Positions 10,973-24,315 of a DNA stretch of 64,000 bases are shown one piece after another. A program made the translations under genes and the position numbers. This DNA comes from Rhodosorus marinus CCMP1338. Taxonomy: Eukaryota > Plantae > Rhodophyta. Below the pieces are notes generated by a model. The model was not told the DNA's origin. It made no database searches and saw nothing but the letters and a program-made list of their open reading frames with translations. Where the stretch lies: assembly GCA_029953675.1 (NCBI GenBank), contig JAMWBK010000008.1, positions 1,364,001 through 1,428,000 of the forward strand, in the 5' to 3' direction. Each line of letters starts with the position of its first letter. The first letter of the stretch is position 1.

Positions 10973-11888
10973 CGTGTGAGCCGCCAGGACGGTGCACAGC
11001 GCTGGGAGATAATAATCAAATGTAAAACTAACGAAGCTAATGCGGAACTACGGTGCATAGCCGAAAACATCTCATCAACCAAGTCATCTCGTCCTTTTTT
11101 GAACCCGCTGGCAATCCGAGGACGCGTCTCAATTGCAAACGGGAGGAACACCACTAGACCCCTAGTAGCTAAAATGACAGCCTATCGATCTCTTGCGCGA
11201 CCGTCCACCCTGTCAGGAACGCAGCATCTTCCGATGGACCACGACCGATGAGAGCACAGCGCCTTCTTCAGCCGGGCGACAATGGGTCGGGGTGAGATGT
11301 TATTCAGAACTTAACCGAGCGCAAGGACGATGAATTTGTACAGCCCAACCGCCGTGGTGCCCACATAGCCTCCTCTCACGTCGAACAGAGCTCCTTGACG
11401 AGATAAAATATTATTAACTCCGCTTAGTCAGCCTCTGCTGTTTCAAATCTGCGCCATTCAAAGCGTATTTAGTATTTGCTCACACTACTCGTAGAAGAAC
11501 AGAACGACTCGCTCACGACGAATCCATTCCATCTGAAGTCATGCTACAGATCAACGTTCTCATGACTGCAAGTAGAGATAACGGCTTGCCCTGTCGCTTT
11601 GACGAAGTCTGTGCTGATGTTTTCATTGCTGAACGCGAACCTTCAAGCCTGTGATGAAACCTGTCCTTTTGGAGCTCGCTTTGATGTCAACGACGGTAAT
11701 CAACGCTCTGCTGTGAACCCAAAGACAGGGACTGAAGAAGCGAGTGGCTCTTCTTTCAGGGTGGTTTATAGACTAGGCGTCCAAGCTAAAGATCATGAGG
11801 CCAGAGGTCTTGACGACTTCATCGTCGTTGAGAGCGTACTAGCAGGAGTGATTTGATTTGGGAGTGGTGGTGTGATCGTATCGTCGGG

Positions 11889-12490
11889 ATGGAGAACAGT
11901 AAATCCCACAAGGCTCAAGATCCCAGCGTGTTACGCGGGGCCGCCTATGGTTCCTGTGCGGGGGTGCTTACGGGTATAGCAAACGCAATTATGATGTACA
12001 GGAACCCGAAGTTGCCCAACCCCGACATAGCGAAGACAAAATGGCAGAGACTCTGGGCTTTCCTGATGGTTGAAATCATTGCCAGAGGGGCTAGAGGATT
12101 AGTTGGTGGTGCAGGTTACGTGGCCGCGCTCAACAAGGCGAATCACCTTAGACCATCCGCGCCGCTCAGGGAGAACAGCGCGATAGCCGGATCGGTAGCT
12201 GGATTCGGGATTGTGGCTTTATTCAGCAGGTAAGAGGTTGCCTTTAAATCTGACCTGTGAGAATATCAAGTGCCCTCAAAACTAGTCACAAGTTCTGATC
12301 TCGCCTTTGATTGGGTTTCTTGTCATTGTGTTATAGAGGCTATGCCCTCCAGCTTGCTACTACCGCCATGGCATCCGCAGCTACGCTTGGTGCTCTTGGA
12401 TATGGAGGTGGATACGCTCAGGAACAAATGTATCGAAGACAGACAAGCGTAAAAAGGTTTGAACGAGGAGGCACATTTATGGACGGGTAA
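11889..12490 (+). CDS. Tim17/Tim22/Tim23-family membrane protein; 2 exons
   Basis: Gly/Ala-rich transmembrane segments (GAAYGSCAGVLTG; ARGLVGGAGYVAA) and the R...ENSAIAGSVAG pattern typical of the family. Donor gtaag near 12230; the second exon reads RGYALQLATTAMASAATLGALGYGGG. Confidence 0.6.
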
Positions 12491-13070
12491 GAAAGAACAC
12501 CGCATGCAACAAGAGAGCCAGGCACACGTGTCTCCTCCAGAGGAAAGAGCAACCACGATTTGGGGCCTGACATGCGAGTTGCACCTCTTGTTCCGCTGCT
12601 GAAATCCTAGGGGTTGGGTAGATGGTTCGGACATGAGGAAAAAGCGATATAGACTCGACTATTTGAACCCGGATAAGTCTAATCGTGGCGAAGGCGAAGG
12701 CTGAGGAAGTTCCGTAAGAGGAACAACACCACCACATAGGACCAGAACGAGAGGGAGAACGCGACTCGAGGCAGGGATAATGACACTGAAAGGGCAGGGG
12801 GTGATAGACAAAATGCGAAGAGCGGGACTATTCTCGTCAGTTAATTGGGCTTACCAGCATTGAGTTTTGCTAAATAGCGCTGGCGTGCAACGAAGGAAAA
12901 GAGTCATCAGCTCCGATCAAGTCAGGATGCGAGGTTAAATAGTTTCAAGTGAAAAGCTACTATTGAAGGTGACATGGAAGTCTCTTGTGTGATTTTGCAA
13001 ACGATCAATTTGATGTCGACGTCAGTCGGATAAAACCTACTTATCACTTCGCTTAGATTCCGGCGGGACT

Positions 13071-15060
13071 ATGCACATGCAAAGATACGGTCTTTGCAGG
13101 TCTTCTGGCATCCGTTCTACCGCAAAGCCGCGCATTGCTACTTTTCTCAAGACGGTGGTTCGAACTCAAGGAAACCCGGAGCCCGAGATTGCCAATTCCG
13201 AAATCTAGCTAGGCACTGCAGCACACTTGCTCGTTCCTTCCCCGTTGCCTCTTGCGCGGAGCATGTGTACAGGAATGCTTATAAGCGGTACCTCTCATAT
13301 TCATCAACGCCTTCTGCGTCTGCTTCTTCAGAGTACGAATGCTAATACTGAAAAAGCGGAGGAAACTGGTGCCTTCCCACTGGGAGGAGTGTTACGACCT
13401 AGATCAATCGCAGATGAGACGTCCCTGGTCTTTCAGGACCTCCAAGGCGACTTTTTTGGTTGTGCCGCAAGAGAGTGCTCCCCATTTGTCCACAATTATC
13501 CTTGTCCACTCTGCTGAAAAGCCATTAAGAATGCGCGCGCTCAGGAGGAAAGGGCTTTGGGTTTTTGTTCTGTCGGTCGCTGATGACAGCGCGTGCTCGA
13601 AGGGAGGCTGGGTCTCTGGGGGTACCGCTTTGTGAAAAAACTGCTGGCATTGCTCTTCAGCATCTGGACCTGGAAGAGCTCCTTCGCGTTGCACACGGTG
13701 CGAAAAGAAAACTGAAACGAACTCAGGAACCCGGCGGCGGCCAAGCGGGACCTTTCCGGAGCCTGGGAAAGCCGATCGAGACCACTGCAGAGTTTGTTGA
13801 AGTGTACAGCACCAACGGAACAGTTGTGAGCTGCCGAGTTGGTATCGCCTGTTGGGACTCAGCGGGTATCCTAATCTTGCCAAAGTATGATGCTGTGAGG
13901 TGACAAGCACTCGGATGTTGTTTACTTCGTTCGAGAGCTAGCTAACCCTCTCAATCTTTTCCTGTCCCCTTGCGGGTGCGGTCCATTTTAGATGGATGCG
14001 CGAAGTTGAACACTCGAGGGCTGTAACATCAAGGGTCGTGATCTCTACGGCTTGCCAAATGACTACTGCCCGTAGAGCAAGTGGCCGTCTTCGGGCTCGA
14101 ACTCGCCACATTGTCCAGCGGAGGAAATATCGCCGAAAAGCTGCTTAGTTTTCTCAATTCCTTCGAGGTTTTTGAACGAGCCCGAAGCACAATGGACGGG
14201 CTGAGCAAGAAATGTATTAATCAGAAGCTGCTTGAATTCTGCAAGGATGAGGAGCTTCGGGAGCTAGAGTCTGCCACAGTTGTACCAGACGCTGGAATGG
14301 TAAAAAGGCCACGCGTTCCAAAGAATCCTATAGAATCTGCGTGCTGAACTTGTTTCTCTGTTGCGTTCAAACTGTTGCGGACGTTGTACTCATGCATTCT
14401 GCAGGACGATGAGCAGCCGTCTTGGTTCAAAAATCTCTTGCAGATGCTAACTCCACATCCAGCTGGACCCTAACCGAACGTGCTCAGCCATATCCATCAC
14501 GGCGAAAGGTGTTTTAGGAGCGTCATTACCGGATCAGAATCACCAGAAACGGGCAAGCGACTAGCAGAGGACGACCACATACTATTCAGAAGTTTAGGAA
14601 TACGGAGAGAGCCAGTTCTGGACACGACGAGGGCAAAATGTACAGCTAGGGTAAAATTGCGACAACCACAAAAAAAATCATCAGTTCCTTTTCGGGCAAA
14701 AAAGGAAAGACTGCAAAGACCGATAGTAGTCACTCCTGAACACATCGCCTCCTTGTTTCTTCGAAAAGGTGACGTGGAGGGCGTGGTCCACATGGAGCTG
14801 CACCGATCAGCAACGAGAGGGTAGTCTTGGCACTGGAGTTTAAATCGACGCAAAAGCACTGCCAACAATTCGATTGTTCGCTTGCAACCGATGGGGTAAA
14901 CCCACTTGCGGAGAGCTTCCAGGACATTCTAAATATCATGAAGCGACCCGACGTTCTGATCGGACCTCTCCTTCAGGATCTTGCCAACCTCGAATTTCGC
15001 CGTAGACAAAATTTGCTATGGAGAAATTCGCTCGTCATTGAAGCCACTCCGTTCGGGTGA
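13071..15060 (+). CDS. Hypothetical multi-exon protein
   Basis: Chain of same-strand protein-like ORF segments (13227, 13565, 14081, 14480, 14827) separated by intron-sized gaps with GT/AG ends, ending at a stop at 15060. No family recognised and the start is uncertain. Confidence 0.45.
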
Positions 15061-15828
15061 GCAGATGTAGAGGCCAAATCCCCTCGTTAGCCTGGATGAC
15101 CTCTGAGCCGACGCTCGGTGACAATTTCTCCTGTTCTGGGGGTGGGGTTTGTTACTCGTTTGAACCCACAGGTATGCTGCAGGGCCGTACGAAGACATGG
15201 CAAATGCTTTCGGAGTGAGCTACGTTCGAATGTATGCAAAACTGGCAAGAGAGGAGTTCATTTCCTGTCTACACGGTAAAATGTAAGGGGAAGACCTTCA
15301 GGAGTATGCCGCAGAATCCATCATCGCCGGGAATCAAGCAGCGGCCTAGCCCAACGCAGTGTTCGCTCCCAAAGGCGCATATGGAGCTCACTCCAAGGCT
15401 TGCCTGGCTTTGCAAAGAGTCGAACTTGCCACCGATGCAATCGCGAATGTAACCATGAGCTTCGCAACAAAGGGATGTGTGAAGAAGTAACAGCAAAATC
15501 CTTGATGACGCTCGATGATCTCGGCCCAGGAAGGACTTTCGACTCTCTCGACACCGAAAACGAATTCTTCTTCCCCTTCTCTCTCGTTTGGCTGTTCATC
15601 TCCGCCTCTGCTGCGATATCTAAATATCTATCTATATACATTCTATACATACATATACATATATAATATATTGCTTTTTTTTTATCCCACCACCTGGACG
15701 GGCGACCGCAACCTTGTGCATCAATGATTGCAAACTGAACCTTTGGCAACCTGACCAAGCAGGCACTGCAAATTGGGAGCGACTCTCTTCAGCAAAACTC
15801 TGCTCGAAGTAGGCCATACTCTGAGTAA

Positions 15829-18685
15829 TCATTTGGCATCGTGGAAAACGAGGCTCATACTAGCAAGAGCCGTTTCAACCAGTTCACTCCTCGACCTTCC
15901 CGATGAGCCTTCGGAAATTAGACTCCTCGCACCTGCAAATGGTGAGTCAGCCTGGCCTAGGGCTGATTGGTTGGAAGATTGTCGCGTTGTCCCCTCCAGT
16001 AAGCGTCTCAAGCCCTCCTCGACAAAATCGATTTCTAGCCGGCACTGCAGATTGGACATGGTCACAACCAGCTTTTTAGTTACTCGAAAGCACTGCCGTG
16101 GAGCAAAATCATCCCATTCGACATTCGACAGGTGCAGATACCGACTGATCCGCACCTGTCGAATGTTCCCCTGAAGCTATTTTCGTAGAGCATTGTAGGA
16201 ATGTTCCCCTCAAAATAGCCGAAGCAACTACCTAGCGAAGCGGGGTTGTACATACCTGCTTTTTTTCCATGTTTCCCAGAGGCTGGCTGGTGCTCTTCAC
16301 CGCTTCACTGAACAACGAAGCAATGCTTACCACGATCGCTTGACATAAGTCCCGTGCGGAAACGGACATTTTCGTCGCTTGGACTTGAGCAAAGCAAACG
16401 GACAAGTTGAGCAACAGCCCCTTCGCATACGGTCGAGGGAGCACTCCGATAGACATCAGTTCCTCGACTCCCACAAGGCCTCCGAAAATGAGGTCCTTGC
16501 ACTTTTTCTCAAAGCAAGCAAGAAATCTGGAACGGATCTTTGCTTCTAATGCCTCGATTTCGACACGATTACTCTGACCGCCTACGGAACAGTCGAGGTC
16601 GGGAAAACTGGACTTTAACTCTTGCTCAATGCACGGTAAGGCCACAGTGCGCAGCTTGTAAACCCCATCAACCAGTGCAAGGTGGCCTCTGTGTGGTGGG
16701 CAGAAGAAACGTTCAGAGAAACAGCTGTCTAGGGAAGGGGAGATCACACTAGTTACCCATGACGGACACTCGCGCATTCCCTCCGTGACTCACCCAGTTG
16801 AACTGTCCTCCTGAGCAGCTTTCAAAACAGCGGTGGCGGCGAGCACTGGAGCTTTCAGGGACGACTCCACGAAATGATGCTCCGCGGTCGCAGTCCTTCC
16901 GTCGCTCAATCCGATCACCTCGGCAACTGCATCCTTGACAAGCAGCACGAGCTGCTCGGAAAGCATTTCAGGTTCCGCTCTGTACATAGTGCCGAGCTCC
17001 TCGGCCAACCTTAGCGTGCTACTTGAAACTTTGACTATCAAAGCGACCACAACTGGACTCGCATAAGGTTGGACAAAGAGGAAATTCTCCGTGAGAAGTC
17101 CTGACAATCAGATTTCATCAAATGTATACTGTACACAGTAGGGGCTTACTCTCATCAGCGAGAGCCAACAAAGGAGTCAGCAAAACCCCCGCACCAAGCT
17201 GTCGGGCGAGCTGGACAGATTCCCTAATCTCCACGGCGACCTCCCGCGAAACCAGATTAGCTCCTTGAAGCCTTGACGGAAAGACGGCAATAATAACCGC
17301 CTCAAAAAACTCCTGAAACACCTCCCTAATCGTAACCAAACCACGGGTACTCTCCCTGAAAGCCCCTCGATTGTACGCGATGGACGCTACATCCCAGCAA
17401 GAACCAAGCCCATCTCTAAACGATCCAGCGAGCAATCCAACAACGACGACTGCGTTCTCGACAACAGTGTCATACCCGTTCAAATTGTATCCGAGATAAT
17501 CCTCCTTTCTCTCAAACATCAACCTGTCCTGGGCGACTAGTCGTACATCAACTGGCCGAAATAGGAATCTGTCTTCTGTCGCGCCACGAGAAGAATTTAT
17601 CGCTAATATTCCTGACGCCCAAAAAGTTGCTTCTCATCAGCATCTATCATCAGCGGTGCTCTTGAATACCCAAAGTTGGAAGCTTGAAAACTCACCCCGA
17701 ATCCTTCTCAGTCGAGACACAAGCGTTGAACATCGAGCATCGATCAAGCGGCTCAGAAAGTCCTGATCAGTGAACAACAACTCCAGGGGAACAACTATAC
17801 TCTCCAACTCCTCAGTGGAAACCGAAGGATCGCACAAGATCTTGTTCTGTCGTTCCAGGTACTCGTTCATTGCCCTGTTCACCTGTAAAACGGGTAGTCC
17901 ACAAGAAGGGATCATGACATTCGATTAAAATTCAGGACGACAGATCCAGTTGTCTTCACTCGGCGCTGTTTCCCAACCTCTTTGGCTATTTTGGAAGTAA
18001 GCTCAGCTTCATCCTGAGCACGGATCCATCTGACCGCTTTCTGGTAGTCGTCTACTATATCCTGTACATCTTTCGGATCGAAACCCTGACGCAATCTTCT
18101 CGGGAGATCGAAGAGGTAGGAATGTGACTGTACAAGATCCTCGACCTTGCTCAAGTTCTCGATTCTCTTGCGCCGGTTCGGCAACTCTGGGAAACGTTCC
18201 CGTAGCTTCGTCACCTTGGACTCGAGGCTGACTTGGGCGTCTTTGATACTGCCGCTTTTCGTCGCGCCTTCATGTCCGACGAGCTTGAAGTAGTGAACTA
18301 GCCAATGCAAATTCTCTCGTACACTGTTGTGTATTTCCTGTGACTCTCTTTCGATTAGCCTCAGTAGGATCGCCTGGCCCCTCCTCAGCTCCAACGCCGT
18401 GGTCAAGTAGTGGAAGCAGGACAGGTACCCCTCCGAATCGAATTCTCGACGACTTGGATCGACTGAACGTCTCTCCGAATCAGTGATTTGATGGTCTTCC
18501 CCTCTTCTACGCTTCTCAATAGTCCAGGCGGAGGTCAACCTCGTCAGATTCTCAAAGTTGATCTTCCCAAGCCCCAGTACGTCATCTCTCCTGGCGTCAC
18601 TCTGAACTCCGCCAATCGACAATTGCCTGTACAGAATCTCTTGCACGATCTCATTCCTCTCGCAATCCTCAGATTCCTCATTCAT
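15829..18685 (-). CDS. SEC5: Exocyst complex component SEC5/EXOC2; multi-exon, N-terminus may extend upstream
   Basis: Sec5-domain pattern DPSRREFDSEGYLSCFHYLTTALEL...VRENL, then RIENLSKVEDLVQSHSYLFDLPRRL...DYQKA, followed by helical exons down to LEIDFVEEGL...LVFHDAK stop. Confidence 0.8.
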
Positions 18686-19610
18686 CGAGCTACTCGATAG
18701 CCCAACTTTGCCCCAAAACTCTATAGCCGATCAATCTCACTGAGGAGATCCATTCCGGGACACAGCAAAAGCCTCTACGCCCAGATGATACGAACATATC
18801 CAGGCTGAACGAGAAAATACAAGGAGAAAGCTTATCATTTACAAAACGTCTTTCTGCGCCTTCCTCAAGAATGTCAAGTCTTCCAACCTTCTCCACTGCT
18901 TACACCCCGAACGTCAAGGCTCGGGGGGGAGCACGCCTTTCGACTACTCACTCAGAAGTGAGTCTGCCCCTCAACCGACGATTAAAGCAACCCATTAAAA
19001 ATTCGTCAACTACGAGCAACGCATCCGGTCAATCCCTTTCAACCTATCGATGGCAGCGGCCAACGCCCACACCAACCCGCAAACCCCCAACCAGATGCTT
19101 TTCTTCGTGCTTTCGCCTACTTGAGAGGAAGTACCAGAAGAGATAAAAAGGTTACAGAGACGCAGAAAACTTGTCGGAACGCGTTCTCTAGTGCTACTGT
19201 TTGATACCATGGGGGTTTTTGGTTGGAACAAAGAGGTGACCCACTAAGAGTTAACCTGACTCCTGCCTTACTGAACAACTTCAGTTAAAGGGAGCTTATG
19301 GTGCGCCTGGTGTTGTTCGATAGTACCGGAATGGAATCTGCCGGGATGGTCTTGCACTAACCTCCTGGTCAGAGGCTTATCTCGTTCAGTCTGTTGCGAG
19401 CTATGAAGTTCTGTCGTGTTGGGGCCATATAGATAGCTATATAGTGGATCGATTAAAGCAACCCGAGATTAGCATAGCCAGTCGCTTTCATCTTGAGGAG
19501 GGTGATTGGTGTTGCCATCGATCCAGGGTGTGGGTGGTTGAGGTGGGCTTGAAGAGGACAACCCGCAGACTGCAAGCAGACCAGTTTGGAATAGGCTCAG
19601 AGTTTGGGAA

Positions 19611-20855
19611 ATGACAATGAAGGACTTTGATATACTTTTGCTCGGCGTTACTGGATGTGTGGGAAAGTTGGCTGCGGCGGAGTTGATTTCGAATTTTGGT
19701 GAGGAGATTCGGCTGTGCTTTGGGGGAAGAAATGTTGGAAAGACGGAGGCAGTTCGAGCGGCCCTTGCGGCTGAATACCCATCTGCACTGAAAGTGCCCA
19801 TCGTTCAGGTGGATACTGCCAACCCCGAGGTCCTTGGCGCAGTTGTGAGAAGGAGTAAGGTGGTTCTGAATCTGGTCGGTCCTTATCCAGTTTTGGGAGA
19901 GGCGGTGGTGAAAGCTTGTGCTGAGAGTGGAGTGGACTATAGCGATGTTTCTGGAGAGGGTCTGTGGCAGCACGAGATGATCGGTCGCTATCACGACACG
20001 GCGATGGAGACCGCTGCGAGGTTGGTGTTCGGTCTTGGGATTGCTTCAGCTGCATCCGACCTCAGCGCGTTTTTCATGGCGCAGTATATGCATGAAAAGC
20101 ACGACGTCAAGCTCTCCCAGGTGCACATGGTGTGGACCAAGTTTGAATCCGCGGGTGCGAGTGGCGGGACTGTGTCCACATTGATGGCTGAGGGCGAGAG
20201 GTCCAGTAGCGAGCGACAACTCCTACATGATCCGTACCTACTCCATCCAGCAGGTTCACGTGCACATCTCCCTGGACAGAATCACCAGACCACCCCACTT
20301 TTTGACGTGGACAGTGACCGCTATACGATACCATGGATTTCCTCGGATGTGAATACCCAGAACGTCCTCCGTTCCTACGCCCTCTTGGAATACAGCTACG
20401 GCAGAGCGTTCACGTACTATGAGAGCTTCGCTGGAAGCATGGGAAACGGTTTCTTCAACGGTCTAATCCCGGCGATGATCATGCACTTTCTAATGGGCTT
20501 ACTGTTCCTGTTTCTGAGATTGAGACTGACCCGACCGCTGATGAGGATCTTACTACCTAAGCCAGGTGAGGAACCATCCCGTGAAGCCCTAAACAACGGC
20601 TGCGTAGAAGGGCTTATCACCGCGCATGGAGAAAACGGCTGTTATCAAATCAGTTGCCGGTTGACCATCCCGTTCGAACCTGGCTACAAGTTCACGTCGA
20701 TATCGGTCTCCGAAGCTTCCGTTCTACTTGCCAAGGCAGACGAAATTGATCTCATCAAGGCTAAGAAAGGCTGCTTGACAGCCGCATCGTGCTTCGAGGA
20801 ATTGCTTGTTGCAAGGCTCTCCTCCCGGGGAATCAAATGGGAAATCTTGGACTAG
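19611..20855 (+). CDS. Saccharopine dehydrogenase-like oxidoreductase (SCCPDH / trans-acting enoyl reductase family); intronless
   Basis: 414-aa ORF with Rossmann motif LLGVTGCVG, GRN, VVLNLVGPYPVLGEAVVKACAESGVDYSDVSGE, SGGT and C-terminal GCLTAASCF. Confidence 0.9.
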   Translation: MTMKDFDILLLGVTGCVGKLAAAELISNFGEEIRLCFGGRNVGKTEAVRAALAAEYPSALKVPIVQVDTANPEVLGAVVRRSKVVLNLVGPYPVLGEAVVKACAESGVDYSDVSGEGLWQHEMIGRYHDTAMETAARLVFGLGIASAASDLSAFFMAQYMHEKHDVKLSQVHMVWTKFESAGASGGTVSTLMAEGERSSSERQLLHDPYLLHPAGSRAHLPGQNHQTTPLFDVDSDRYTIPWISSDVNTQNVLRSYALLEYSYGRAFTYYESFAGSMGNGFFNGLIPAMIMHFLMGLLFLFLRLRLTRPLMRILLPKPGEEPSREALNNGCVEGLITAHGENGCYQISCRLTIPFEPGYKFTSISVSEASVLLAKADEIDLIKAKKGCLTAASCFEELLVARLSSRGIKWEILD

Positions 20856-21057
20856 GCATCCCCTTTGTATGACTCCAGGCCTGGTCCGAAGTGGCACGTT
20901 GCCTAGTAGTGGGCAGGGTCCCCACCTTCCTGAAGGTGACAGGGCAAACTGTACAAGAAAAAAGGGACGTCTATCTTCACTTCGCGGTCCTGTACAAAAG
21001 TCATTGTGACACTTGGAAACCAATGCGTTACAAGCGATCCAAGATCGGCCTCTGGTT

Positions 21058-22671
21058 CTATGGTTTGTTGTTGGCTTGAGGGTTCATTTTGCTGGCAGCC
21101 GAGGGACTATGTGTTGACGAGCTCACGCTGGAGCTATACTTTCCGCCTGGCCGGAACTTTTGCACTTCGGCCCAGAGCAGATGTCGTAGATCCTCCTTAT
21201 CCAGTTCCTTCTCAGCAGGCGGTTCCAAATGGATGAGCTCTGCAAGAGATCCCTCGAAATCCCTCTCCGACTTGGCGTCCCTGAAATCATCAAACCAAGG
21301 ATGTTGCAACGCAGCCTTGGCGCTGAACCTCTTCCTCGGGTCGAAGACTAGCATATGTTCAAGAAGGTCCGCCACCTTGATAGGACAAGAGACATTAGGT
21401 CACAACACGGGGACCAGACCTGGTCAGGTGTCTTTTTCTAGAGCGAAAGCTGTCGAGGTCACCCTGGGAGTTTTACCTCGGCCTGAAACCTCGCAGAAGA
21501 CGAGCTGTGTTTTACAAGCTCACGGAAGGAGACCCTCTTGCTCTCCGGCAAAGAGGCGAGGAACTCATGCGCGTTCCTGGATGTGACATGTGCGGTCTCT
21601 GTGGTAGTTGGTTTCCCTAATGTCTTACATATGAGGGAAATCTATCAAGGAAAGGACCAGAACGTTGTGATGAGCTAGAAGAAAAAGCACTTGCCGTTCA
21701 ACTTGGCAATGAGGCAACACCCGCGCACCTGGTCTTTCACATCTTTGCCTTTGAACAACACTTTTCCTGAAAGCATCTCCATTAGTATGCATCCGACAGA
21801 CCATACGTCGATCGCGCTGGTGTACTTCCTGGAGAGGATTAGCTCCGGTGCTCGATACCACCGGGTCACAACGTAATCCGTCTTGGCGTCGTCATTGAGC
21901 GGGTCAACGTAGCGGGAAAGCCCAAAATCTGCAATTTTGATGTCGCAGGATCTATTTACAAGTATGTTCGCAGGCTTGACGTCACGGTGGTATATGTGGG
22001 CTGAATGCAGGTACTGCAGTGCTCTGAGCATTTGGTATGTTATGTACTTGGTCTGCTCGTTCAGTAGACCTTTCTCCTTGTCAATGATTCTACGCAAGTC
22101 CGTATCCATTAGCTCGGTTATCATATAGACATCTTTGTACTCGTGATACGCTGCCTCAGTATCGAGATCCATAACGTGAATTAACTGGGAACCGCAAAAT
22201 TGCGTGCCTGGTCAGCTTCAGGTACGCCTAGGGTTTTGAACGAGAAAGCAGGAGTCCTAGAATTGCTTACGTTAATGTGCGTTAGACGCTGTGTGACGCG
22301 AACTTCGCGGAGGATTCTTCTGGCATCGGAGAGGTTACTGAACACGTCGGGGATGTACTTGATTGCCACTGGGCCCTCTCGTATGGAGTCCATCGCAGAA
22401 CTGCGAAACAGATGGAACATTTAAGCATTCTTCACGTTCCAACGGCTGAACGATCAACTTACCATACAACGCCATAAGCGCCAGTTCCCAACGACTTTAC
22501 AAACGTATACCTCTTGTCCACGCTAAACTTCGTTCCGTGGACTTTGAATGAATGCCTTCTGTCCCCCTCAACCTCGTCAACAGACCCCTCACCCTCCTCC
22601 CCATTGACCTCCTCGCCAGACCTACACTTTAGCAGTGATCCCACCCCCCTGATGGACAACCGTTTGCCCAT
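21058..22671 (-). CDS. Mitogen-activated protein kinase with TDY activation loop; multi-exon
   Basis: GTGAYGVV, VAIK, LREV, HRDVKPAN, DFGLSR, TDYVVTRWYRAPE, DVWSVGCI and DPRKRFSAKAALQHPW kinase motifs across GT-AG-bounded exons. Confidence 0.95.
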
Positions 22672-22849
22672 ACCAAGTCCGTCCCGCTCGGAAAAGGTCC
22701 AGTTAGTAGGCCTAAAACGCCTTCACAAGACCTTTCCGAACGAAGAACGACGTACTCAAAACGCGAAAGACAAGTCTAGTATGCCAGAAGACCATTGATC
22801 ATCAGCCCAGAAAAAGAACCTCCGAGCTCGAAAAACCACACGAGAAAAA

Positions 22850-23520
22850 AGGACCGTGGGTTAGTTTAAAACTCGCTCAAAGAGACGACAATGCTCTCTT
22901 CAGCTCTTCCAAAAGCAGCAACTTGTAATTCCGACTATGGTGCGTCTTGCCGGAATGCAGCAAAAGCCCGTTGTTCTGCATGATATCGACCTCCCCCAAC
23001 ACGGTTGAGATTCGTTGATGCCACAATTCGCAATAGGTGTTGAACATGAGGGACGACCGCTACCTCTGAGGACAAAAACGTCATCTGACTAGGGCTCACT
23101 GGCTGCTATATTTCCAAAGAGTGCTTCAGGAAGCTTACGAGTACCGGTAGAGCTGCATGAGTTTCTGTTAAGAAAGAATGGGGCGCCGGTTTGAGTGTTG
23201 AAACCCGTCTCGACTGCTTGTCGGTCTAGAAGAATCAGGCGATCCCAAGAGTCGTGGTTTTGATGAAAAGGACAGATGCATGCTTGAAACTTGAGAGATC
23301 GCGCCTGGATCATCCAAAGAGCAGTTGGAGAATCATGTCAATCCCCTACGGGGGCTTCCGTCCAGAACTATCCGTCAGAATCTCAAACTCTCCTCAACGG
23401 ACGACCAAACCGTCTATACCGACCTCCAGTTCGGCGAGGCGAAGTAGCGAGCCTCGAAAATTCTGAAACGGATAAGCAAAGTGTCAGTAGACATGACGAA
23501 GCGGATCAGACTTCTTAACA
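22850..23520 (-). CDS. Hypothetical multi-exon protein; boundaries uncertain
   Basis: AG/GT-bounded segments such as ETHAALPVL|EVAVVPHVQHLLRIVASTNLNRVGEVDIMQNNGLLLH. It lies just downstream of the divergent promoter at 23.6-24.4 kb. Confidence 0.25.
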
Positions 23521-23599
23521 ACCGCTCAACCGCCAACCTCAGATTCTCTAAACCCCAATCACAAGCACAAGAACCCAAGACCTCCCTAGTACACATATC

Positions 23600-24284
23600 A
23601 CTGTACTATACTGTACTATCACCCCACCCCTAAACCCAATCATGTATCTTATTAAGAAATTTAGAAAACTAGAAACCAATTAAAAATACCATAAATTTCC
23701 ATAAGCGACCTATCCAGAGTTTGATTGGGTAATATATTGTTAATTGATTGAGCCTATCATAAATTAAAAAGGGACGGGTAAAATTCTTATGGATCTCATC
23801 TCCCCTTTCTGCTTTAATCGATAATTAAAAAATAGCCGCTACCCAACATCCAATCGTTGTCAAATTAAGATTGGTTTTTATATAGTTTTATAAAGTGTTT
23901 GATATGAAACGACGTTTTTTCCGGAGTGATGTTTTTTTTTGGTTTTTTGGTTTTTTCCTTTCTTTTCTGGAGATGACATTTGACGCTTTTCGTGGAGTTT
24001 GGGGATTGTGAGTAAGTGGGGCGGGTGGTGACGAAGAGGGGCAGAGTTGGTTGAGTATCTCTGCGGTAGAAAGAGGTTAGTGTTTATGAGATGGGTTGAG
24101 GGGGGAGAGAGAGAGAGAGAGCATGATAGGGTGGTAGTAGAGAACATATCGATGATAGAAGTTGGATTTGTAATTTGATTGTTGTTTTTGTTTTTGGGGT
24201 TGGTGGAAGTGTGGGGTTGGGAGGTTGGGGGGGGAGAAGGGTTTTTGGGGCGTGTGAGGACGTTGTGTTTCGTATGGGGATGGA

Positions 24285-24315
<31 letters not shown>

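Noticed and set aside
10976-11856. Short ORFs between the maturase and the Tim17-family gene
   Set aside because: No consistent strand or exon chain could be built and no motifs were found; left unannotated.
15060-15760. Overlapping short ORFs and an AT-dinucleotide-rich patch (about 15625-15670)
   Set aside because: May hide a small minus-strand gene, but three frames compete and no family signal was found.
19050-19440. Possible small + strand gene (EEVPEEIKRLQRRRKLVGTRSLVLLFDTMGVFGW) with faint PEX11-like flavour
   Set aside because: Too short and fragmentary for a supportable call.
19469-20620. Long antisense ORFs opposite SCCPDH, and likewise opposite PK, FAN1, the maturase and MTRR
   Set aside because: Shadow frames of real coding sequence with no independent motifs.
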